A DNA stretch of 64,000 nt from the IMG/VR virus record IMGVR_UViG_3300012983_000001, positions 144,434 to 208,433 of that record. One strand, given 5' to 3'. This stretch comes from a virus. Taxonomy: Duplodnaviria; Caudoviricetes. Below the pieces are notes generated by a model. That model did no database searches. It was not told where the DNA came from and saw nothing but the letters and a program-made list of their open reading frames with translations. Below, piece by piece: positions 57,117-64,000 of this stretch. Position numbers and translations under genes: made by a program. Position 1 is the stretch's first letter. Each line of letters opens with the position of its first letter.

Positions 57117-57626
57117 ATGAAACTTAATATCGACGAGGCTCTCAAGAAAGACGAGAAGATGCAAGCTGGTCTTGAAGAGTACGCGAAAATGGAGAAACAG
57201 GCAAACGATGTGGCTGAAGAAATATCTTCAACACTGATTGAATCCATTGTCAAAGAACAAGGCAAGTTTAATATCAGTGTTGCAATCTTAGCAGTCGCTA
57301 AGTCCTTATCTCATCTGGCTTCTTATCTGTATGATACCGAAGAGGAATTTTTAACTGATGTGAAGAAAGCCAGAACCGCCACTGTTTCTGATGTTATTCC
57401 TGCTCTGTTAGACCCACAGCCATGTGGGAATTGTCAATCTTGTAAGGATGGCAATCCTATGGAATGTATTAACCCAACGGTTCGAGGCGACCATACTACC
57501 AGTCGATTCTTACCAATTCTTTGTAATATGGTAGTTGAGTACGATTTATTCAACAAGGTATTACATATGTATACTGTTGGCAGAGACCAACACGACGAGG
57601 CTATTTCAGACAACAAGGAGGACTAA
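57117..57626 (+). CDS. Hypothetical protein with Cys cluster
   Basis: PCGNCQSC...C; start behind GAGGTG. Confidence 0.55.
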   Translation: MKLNIDEALKKDEKMQAGLEEYAKMEKQANDVAEEISSTLIESIVKEQGKFNISVAILAVAKSLSHLASYLYDTEEEFLTDVKKARTATVSDVIPALLDPQPCGNCQSCKDGNPMECINPTVRGDHTTSRFLPILCNMVVEYDLFNKVLHMYTVGRDQHDEAISDNKED

Positions 57627-57629
57627 ACT

Positions 57630-57824
57630 ATGAAAGTTTATGTTATGACAAAAGCAAAGCCATTTGGAGACGAAATATTTGTTGATGTTAAAGCAACCCG
57701 TAAGGCTGCTGAGGCGGCATTCAGACAGGAGTTTCCGTACATGAGAATAGACAAGAACACTGGTGACATTATATCCGACAAGGATATCACATGGCTCTTG
57801 TTTATCCGCGAGAAAGAAATTTAA
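57630..57824 (+). CDS. Small hypothetical protein
   Basis: RBS AAGGAGG. Confidence 0.6.
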   Translation: MKVYVMTKAKPFGDEIFVDVKATRKAAEAAFRQEFPYMRIDKNTGDIISDKDITWLLFIREKEI

Positions 57825-57838
57825 GGAGGAATAACGAC

Positions 57839-58354
57839 ATGGCTATTACAAACGAAACATATGACACAGTAGCGAAAGAAGCAAAAGGCTATCTTGAGGT
57901 GAGTGCCAGTGATTTCTATTTCAATAAGGTTCGTCCATTCATGAAAGACATGTTATTAACTTGTAAGACCGACGGAGAATTGATTAGAACCTTAGAAAAG
58001 GTTATCAATGCCGCAGACTCTTTCTGTGTAAAGAAAGATTACGAAAGCATGATGGAATCTTTCCGTACACTTGAACGAGCTATCACTGATAAAAACTATT
58101 TCAATGGAGTGATGCGTAAAGCTCCAGAGGCAGAGCGTGAAAAGGTTCGTGAACTTATCACTAAGATTACGGACTTACGCATGATTGCTAAATGTGAGAG
58201 ACCGCATCAACCAGAGGAGAAAAAGGTTAAAGAGCGTTTGAATTATAACGCACCTAATGGTCATTCCCCTGTCGGGGAAAATAAAGATTATCTCACACAT
58301 AACATGAAAAAGTTAAGTGAGGTTAGTCCGAAGACCAGAATACCAAATGTATAA
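57839..58354 (+). CDS. Hypothetical protein
   Basis: Start moved to MAITNE behind AAGGAGG. Confidence 0.55.
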   Translation: MAITNETYDTVAKEAKGYLEVSASDFYFNKVRPFMKDMLLTCKTDGELIRTLEKVINAADSFCVKKDYESMMESFRTLERAITDKNYFNGVMRKAPEAEREKVRELITKITDLRMIAKCERPHQPEEKKVKERLNYNAPNGHSPVGENKDYLTHNMKKLSEVSPKTRIPNV

Positions 58355-58368
58355 GAAAGGAAGTAGCT

Positions 58369-59193
58369 ATGGATATTAAAGACATTCAGAGTAGCGAAGA
58401 TTTCGCTAAGCTTACACCAGAAGAGAAACACGAATATATCCAGGCACTAATGCATTCAGAGGCAACGGGAGTAACCGCTGCCTTTTATAATCCTCATACA
58501 CATGAGCGTGTGACGATTGAAGAATTAGTTGCCGAAATGGGTGAGGAAGCCGTTATTGCAATGATTGAACAGGCAATGGAACATGCACCTGTTGAGACAC
58601 TTGAGCTTTCTGTTGGCGACTACAAGGAGCTCCGTAAGAAAGCAAAAACTGGCACTCTTACTCAGAAGGAAGAATTAGCACTCCGTCTTCTTGAGGAGCA
58701 AATGCTTCTTACACCGCAGATACAGTTCGAAAGAACTTTTGTTAGCATGTTGTGTGAACTTATTGAGTATGGCCAGTATGAAGAAGACTTTAAGGCCAAG
58801 TACATCAATGTCTTTGCATCTTTGCAGGCATTTACCTTTGCGTCGTTACAGATGACTGACGGCAATCCTTTAGGGCCGTTTAAGAATTACAATATCGAAT
58901 CTTTACGCGAACTGGAAGAGCAGATTGGTGACGATATCCTCAATACATGGAAAGCTTCCTGTACTAATGAGCCAATACCAGCGTTGGTATTGTTGGGACT
59001 GTTACACGCAGTATCCAAGGTTGCTCATGAAATGGATATGGAGCTTCCTGACGGCAAGCAGTTATATGCTATCATGTCATGTAACGAAGATGCGAACGGT
59101 GAGGAAAATGGTTCCAATATGCCACCGAATGTATGCAAACCAGCAACTTACAAGGCCGAAGACGAAGAAATGAGAGATTTATTAAAAGAGTAA
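58369..59193 (+). CDS. Hypothetical acidic protein
   Basis: 274 aa, RBS AGAAAGGA. Confidence 0.55.
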   Translation: MDIKDIQSSEDFAKLTPEEKHEYIQALMHSEATGVTAAFYNPHTHERVTIEELVAEMGEEAVIAMIEQAMEHAPVETLELSVGDYKELRKKAKTGTLTQKEELALRLLEEQMLLTPQIQFERTFVSMLCELIEYGQYEEDFKAKYINVFASLQAFTFASLQMTDGNPLGPFKNYNIESLRELEEQIGDDILNTWKASCTNEPIPALVLLGLLHAVSKVAHEMDMELPDGKQLYAIMSCNEDANGEENGSNMPPNVCKPATYKAEDEEMRDLLKE

Positions 59194-59222
59194 TTGACAT
59201 TTCATGTTACATTTTATATAAT
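59194..59222 (+). promoter_or_regulatory. Consensus sigmaA promoter
   Basis: TTGACA-17-TATAAT. Confidence 0.8.
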
Positions 59223-59376
59223 CTAATTAACCCTAACGGGTTAATAATGGTGTTGTTTTGGTTATAGTAGTTGTTTATCATGCTATTAAAGGCCTTCCGT
59301 ATTGAGCCGTGGTACAGTCCTTTCCCTAAATCAATGCGGGTTTCCATTTATCTTCTTGTAGTTTGGAGGTATATGT

Positions 59377-60102
59377 ATGAAACCACTTGTTTGGTTAGTG
59401 TCAATTACGACACTAATAAGTTCTTTATGGTGGCAATTCGATTTTATGCGATTGCGCACTCCGTATAGGTTCCTACCTGTCAAAGTAGTACAGAAAGTAA
59501 AAGAAAAAGAGATGGATTACACTCATTTTCGTTCTGTTGAATTGGCAGTAGATAACATTATGCAAGAACCTGAATTACCTACAGGTTGTGAAATTACTGC
59601 ATTAACCATTGTGCTAAATTACATGGGATATAATGTCGACAAACTTACTATGGCTGATAAGTATCTGCCACAAGGAGAGGTTGGTAAAACTCACCCCGAC
59701 GAGGCTTTCATAGGAAACCCTAGAAGTGCTCGCTCTTATGGTGCTAACGCACCAGTGTTGATAAAGGCTGCAAATAAATATTTTGATGATGTCTTAGCGA
59801 CTCACAAGATATATGATGCATCAACAGAAGATTTCGATTCATTGCTTGAATACATAAACGATGGTTTTCCCGTTATCATATGGGCTACCATCAATATGAA
59901 AGCAAGCTATCCAACTACCAAATGGATTATCAATGGTGAAACTGTTCAATGGACATCTCCATTTCACTGTATGGTATTGATTGGATACACTGAAGATACA
60001 TATATTATTGCAGACCCATTGCAAGGAATTGTGGAATACGACAAAGACCTTGTAAAACAAAGGTATAACGAACTGGGTAACCAGGCATTAGTTATATATT
60101 AG
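59377..60102 (+). CDS. Membrane-anchored C39-like cysteine peptidase (YvpB-like)
   Basis: IMQEPELPTGCEITAL, GFPVIIW, HCMVLIGY, IADP; hydrophobic N-terminus. Confidence 0.8.
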   Translation: MKPLVWLVSITTLISSLWWQFDFMRLRTPYRFLPVKVVQKVKEKEMDYTHFRSVELAVDNIMQEPELPTGCEITALTIVLNYMGYNVDKLTMADKYLPQGEVGKTHPDEAFIGNPRSARSYGANAPVLIKAANKYFDDVLATHKIYDASTEDFDSLLEYINDGFPVIIWATINMKASYPTTKWIINGETVQWTSPFHCMVLIGYTEDTYIIADPLQGIVEYDKDLVKQRYNELGNQALVIY

Positions 60103-60165
60103 GTCATAAGAGACCATCCTTTCAGTATTTTGTAGGTACAGCGCGGGTCTCATCAACCCGCAAAC

Positions 60166-60238
60166 CGAGGTGTAGGACAGTTGGCAGTCCGCTAGTTTTG
60201 GGAACTAGACGTCGCAGGTTCGAGCCCTGTCACCTCGA
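60166..60238 (+). tRNA. tRNA-Pro(UGG)
   Basis: Cloverleaf, acceptor CGAGGTG/CACCTCG, anticodon loop TTTGGGA, no encoded CCA. Confidence 0.9.
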
Positions 60239-60270
60239 CTCTCCCCCTGTCACAGACAGGGGGATTAAAC

Positions 60271-60343
60271 GCCTCAATAGCACAGTTGGCAGTGCGGCTG
60301 ATTTGTAATCAGCAGGTCGGCGGTTCGAGCCCGTCTTGGGGCT
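60271..60343 (+). tRNA. tRNA-Thr(UGU)
   Basis: Acceptor GCCTCAA/TTGGGGC, anticodon loop TTTGTAA. Confidence 0.9.
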
Positions 60344-60785
60344 GATGTTTATTCGTAGGCAGTAATGTTTAACTTACAAGGTTCTAAGTAGCAGGGGACT
60401 AAGTAAGTGCGAGTAAACAAGTTCTGCTATGCGTTACATATTTGTTCTAACATGCCAGAAGTTTCAGTACGCAAACTTAAAGAAATTAGCACAAGGGCAT
60501 CGTCGGTTTACGTCTACGTATGGCGTACCCAGTTCATCATTCTTCCTGGGTAACATGGTATTGGCAATGATATTGAATCAGCGTACAAGCCGAAGATTAA
60601 GCTGTAGTGTGGTGTCAAAGCTACATTACGGAATCAGGTAGGGTATTTATACCAGACCTAACATATTCATGAGTTGAGACGAAGGTAATCCAACAGTGAA
60701 CCGCAGTACAGACGGTGGGCCTAGTTGCTCGTAATACAAAGTTGTATCGTGCGGGAACAACGCATGTATCTCATGATTATGGTTT

Positions 60786-60871
60786 GGAGTAATGGCCGAG
60801 TGGTTTAAGGCGCTGGTCTTGAAAACCAGTGATTCCGAAAGGGACCGTAAGTTCGAATCTTACTTACTCCG
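60786..60871 (+). tRNA. tRNA-Ser(UGA)
   Basis: Acceptor GGAGTAA/TTACTCC, loop CTTGAAA, long variable arm, G73. Confidence 0.9.
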
Positions 60872-61240
60872 CTAAGGTTAAGCATAGGTAATCTTAAAAT
60901 CAACACACCTTGGTAGGTGGCAAACTTATCCACAATCACACCGCCTATGCAGTTTTTCGTGTACTTAACACGAGTTTTACTTTATGTGTACATAGAGTAA
61001 GACAACAGAAGGAAAACTGTAAACCGCTAAGAAGAAAGGTCTTAGCTGTAACAAAACCTTAATCGTAAGGATTCATGAGCTATGGGTTGACATCCATAGA
61101 GCTTACGTCTCTGAGAACACCAGCGATGGCTAATCTGCTTTTTCTTGTTAGCATGGAAAAATAAGAGAGTTTTACTGAATAGTTATCTCAAATAAACTTA
61201 TTTAGGGTGGTAACCTCACGTCAAAGAAATAACCAAATTC

Positions 61241-61328
61241 GGAGACTTACTCAAGTGGCTGAAGAGGAGGACTTGCTAAGTCTTTAGTGTCCTAAGGGGC
61301 AGCGAAGGTTCGAACCCTTCAGTCTCCG
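61241..61328 (+). tRNA. tRNA-Ser(GCU)
   Basis: Acceptor GGAGACT/AGTCTCC, loop TTGCTAA, long variable arm, G73. Confidence 0.9.
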
Positions 61329-61594
61329 CTGGGTTGAAGTGCTAAACCAGCTATGTAATACGCACGCCTGTAAAAGACGCCAGGAGGTTGAGGACAATGA
61401 GTATGGAAGTGGCCTTTCGAGGCCTAACGCGAAAGTTCGACAAGAGTACCGAAACATATGCCTGACCAGTTAGATGTTGCGCCAGTAGGAAGAAGTTACA
61501 TAGATATGTTGATACTACGAAGAAGTATCTGCTTGGAAAACGAATAAAGTGGTCATTCCCGTTTCTATCATTTCTGTACGTTAACAGAATTTAA

Positions 61595-61689
61595 CGGAAG
61601 GTAGCTCAGAGGCCAGAGCTTCTTGCCTTAGAACGGGTAACTGCAAGTGATAACACCGTTGGTCGCGAGTTCGAATCTCGCCCTTCCGA
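61595..61689 (+). ncRNA. tRNA-like RNA 1 (anticodon arm replaced by a ~40-nt pseudoknot)
   Basis: Acceptor CGGAAGG/CCTTCCG, D arm GCTC/GAGC, T arm GCGAG-TTCGAAT-CTCGC; no canonical anticodon arm. Confidence 0.75.
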
Positions 61690-61910
61690 TTTGACCTATA
61701 CGGTCAGGTACATGTCTATGAGCTCAGAAATGACATGTACTATTCAGAAAGAGTAGAGCCGAAATAGCATGGAACTTGCTAAAAGTTAAACGGATGCCGT
61801 GGTTACTACGAGAGTGTAACAAATCAGAGTTGTTGGCTTGATGTTCCCTATTCCGTGATTAAGTTCATATGTTAGGTCAAGAGTCAAGCGGGTACATGTG
61901 GTGGGATTTT

Positions 61911-61984
61911 GGACCATTAGCTCAGTTGGTTAGAGCGCTCGGCTCATAACCGAGTGGCCTTAGGTTCGAGCCCTAAATGGTCCA
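61911..61984 (+). tRNA. tRNA(CAU), most likely Ile2 (lysidine type)
   Basis: Acceptor GGACCAT/ATGGTCC, loop CTCATAA; body resembles Firmicutes tRNA-Ile2 more than initiator or elongator Met. Confidence 0.85.
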
Positions 61985-62159
61985 CGCATAGCAATCTGGC
62001 ACTATACCATGGTTAGTGAAGCTACTCCGAGATGCACCAGAGGACGTAAGGAGGCCGAGTTCGTCGGTGCAGACAGTAGGTGAAATGTCTAACGAACTAT
62101 CACAAGTGGCTGGGGCGGTGAAACCCCAGCTGCGAATCATTACCTAACGATAATATTAT

Positions 62160-62267
62160 GGAGAATTAGCTCAGTTGGCTAGAGCCCTGTGAGGAATTTC
62201 GATTGGGTGAGCAATATGCTCCTAGACACCAGAGGAAATAGCCCCAGTTCAAATCTGGGATTCTCCA
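62160..62267 (+). ncRNA. tRNA-like RNA 2 (57-nt domain in place of anticodon/variable arms)
   Basis: Acceptor GGAGAAT/ATTCTCC, D arm GCTC-AGTTGGCTA-GAGC, T arm CCCAG-TTCAAAT-CTGGG. Confidence 0.75.
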
Positions 62268-62622
62268 TTTTGCGCCTGGTTGGAGACTGTTTCAGTCGGC
62301 ATAGTCCCTTGTTTGACCATTGTTCATTCATACTATGTACTGGATAACAGGTACTGCTAATTGAACCAGATATGAGACACATATCGAAAACGAGCGGGCA
62401 GTAAGTAGCATGTCTAGTCAACATGTGAAAAAAAGCAGAGAACACGTCAAATCATTGCTGTTTCGAGTTGAGGACTGTCAATCCCCCAGTAAGCAACAAC
62501 GAAGAGATGAAAGTGTATAAGTTGATGACAAGACTTACGTTGGTGTAACCCCAACTCTCTGTCTTTGGTGTACCAATGGTCATTGAGGGCGAGCCTATGG
62601 CTCGTCTGGTACGCCTAACTAG

Positions 62623-62769
62623 CGGGAGTGGGCTGTGGCAAGCAGCCGCTTGTGAGCGGTGAGATTTAAAATATGGAGTTGTGTTATGTGCGATATTCGC
62701 TAAGTATCACATCGACTATTACTATGGTGAAAACCCATCCTTCATTGCGGTTCGATTCCGCGCTCCCGA
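62623..62769 (+). ncRNA. tRNA-like RNA 3 (~100-nt insert)
   Basis: Acceptor CGGGAGT/GCTCCCG, D-like arm GGCTG-TGGCAAG-CAGCC, T arm GCGG-TTCGATT-CCGC. Confidence 0.6.
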
Positions 62770-63097
62770 CTTATGCCTAACGGCATTACAATGAATATGG
62801 AAAATCCATATCATCGACAAACTTTTATACTTCCCAACCCCATCCCCAAGACTACTTGAGCGAACCACGACATTTACATGGTCTGTTGTGGCTGGTAGAA
62901 TGACCTAGCTCAGCTCCCTATTGTGCTTTAATATATGCATAACATTGTTGTGTATGTATTAAAATGCAATATGCATTCAATTAAAGAAAGGAGAGTGGTG
63001 AACTCTATGATGATATTTGTATATGATGTTATTCTGGGTTATATTGCACTGCTCTTCTTGAGTGACAGCATTGCATTCAAATGTAAACTGTCAGGAG

Positions 63098-63288
63098 GTG
63101 CGCCAGAAAACACAAGCAACGGATTTGTTTGTTTGAGGCGGTTGAGAGTGCGCCATTCGGATTACTGGCGACCAGAACCCAGATAGCCCATGAAGGCTAT
63201 GTTGGGCGGATTTTGAATATTGGTCGAAACCGACACTCTCGATGGTGGTAATCCACTGAAACCCAGCAACGGTTGGATTGGGCGTCAC
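63098..63288 (+). ncRNA. Unassigned multi-stem structured RNA
   Basis: Closing GTGCGCC/GGCGTCAC, several nested helices, possible GGATTAC/GTAATCC pseudoknot. Confidence 0.5.
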
Positions 63289-63590
63289 TATTTTGATTTT
63301 ATAAACTAGATGAAAAGTGTACGCGCACAACCTTATCTCCTAATGGTATTAACATATATCATATCCCAGAAGGAAAACTGGTTATCAAACCCGCTAAGAT
63401 ATTACAAAAATTGAAGTCACTTAGATGGTTAGTAATAAAGAACATGCAGTAAACAAATAGTATATTAAGAATAACTGCAAATGCGTACACAAAAAATGAA
63501 ATAAGCACAACGATGTGCAACGATATCAAGGCGACGGGAACGCCTGCTAAGTCCCGCCGCTTTCTGCTTAATACGATAATTTGTTAATAT

Positions 63591-63633
63591 GGCGGCTGGA
63601 GGGCTTGACATCCAGCCGCTGTTTTTGTATAAT
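63591..63633 (+). promoter_or_regulatory. Terminator hairpin overlapping a consensus sigmaA promoter
   Basis: GGCGGCTGGA/TCCAGCCGCT plus T tract; TTGACA (63605-10) in the loop, 17 bp, TGTATAAT (-10 at 63628-33). Confidence 0.75.
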
Positions 63634-63648
63634 TGAAACAATTCATTT

Positions 63649-63731
63649 GGGTAGATAGGTAAGTGGTTAAAACAAGCGGACTGTAACTCCGTCGCCTCAC
63701 GGCTTCGCTAGTTCGAATCTAGCTCTGCCCA
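63649..63731 (+). tRNA. tRNA-Tyr(GUA)
   Basis: Acceptor GGGTAGA/TCTGCCC, loop CTGTAAC, long variable arm; weak D stem. Confidence 0.85.
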
Positions 63732-63930
63732 CTACACCGAGGGACAAGAAGAAGAAAAGGGATGACAGCAAATTTCCGTCTGTCGAAGGGATAAGGGCAA
63801 TTCATGTTACCGCTTATCGTTGTAGGTGTAATATTACAGAGTGTATTGAGCGAGTATTCTGTTAAGGAAGAAAGTCAATCTTAAATGTGAAGTGCCTATT
63901 GAAGAGGGCCAAGTAGCAGCTTTGTATTAT

Positions 63931-64000
63931 AGAATATTAGCTTAACGGTAAAGCACACGACTGATAATCGTGGTCAGCAGTTCGACTCTGCTATGTTCTA
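63931..64000 (+). tRNA. tRNA-Ile(GAU)
   Basis: Acceptor AGAATAT/ATGTTCT, loop CTGATAA, short variable loop; ends at the window edge. Confidence 0.8.

Noticed and set aside
1-60102. Stop-codon reassignment
   Set aside because: Genes are long and tightly packed in the standard code, TAG and TGA are used as real stops, and no suppressor tRNA was seen
61205-61240. HDV-like/theta ribozyme near tRNA-Ser (CCTCACGT)
   Set aside because: Could not build the P1/P2/P3 nested double pseudoknot
61351-61503. RNase P RNA (GAAAGTTC and AGTTAGATG words)
   Set aside because: Too short and lacks the P4-forming GAGGAAAGUCC and ACAxAAxxCGGCUUA strands
61595-62769. Group I intron-containing tRNAs or tmRNA
   Set aside because: Inserts are only 40-100 nt with no P/Q/R/S core; no G3-U70 alanine identity and no tag reading frame
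62935-63186. 83-aa ORF in the tRNA cluster
   Set aside because: An SD-like AGAAAGGAG exists near 62985 but spacing to the ATG is poor and the frame runs into the structured RNA; left uncalled
63091-63288. Lysine riboswitch (begins GAGGTGCG)
   Set aside because: Remaining conserved elements and a downstream regulated gene are absent
1-64000. CRISPR array, diversity-generating retroelement, integrase or transposase
   Set aside because: No regularly spaced direct repeats and no reverse transcriptase, recombinase or transposase motifs seen

Overview
A 64-kb segment of a large, low-GC tailed phage, probably a myovirus infecting Firmicutes/Clostridia (AGGAGG-type RBSs, sigmaA-type promoters). Positions 1-40.1 kb are a minus-strand virion morphogenesis arm: tail sheath start, neck and fibre proteins, major capsid, prohead protease/scaffold, portal, large terminase, and a block of small Gly/Ala-rich hydrophobic proteins. 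After a divergent junction at about 40.1-41 kb with candidate sRNA genes, the plus strand carries small early genes, a ~950-nt hairpin-rich non-coding block, a YonO/QDE-1-like two-barrel RNA polymerase, SLOG, macrodomain, SSB and C39-peptidase genes, and a tRNA/ncRNA cluster (60.1-64 kb). The most striking content is RNA-level. The early operon is punctuated by three classes of self-cleaving ribozyme (pistol, twister, hammerhead) and by a repeated pseudoknot placed just after stop codons. There are candidate anti-Shine-Dalgarno sRNAs, one complementary to the RBS of the phage polymerase gene. Three tRNA-like RNAs have the anticodon arm replaced by 40-100 nt foreign domains. All calls were made by eye; no database searches or folding programs were run.
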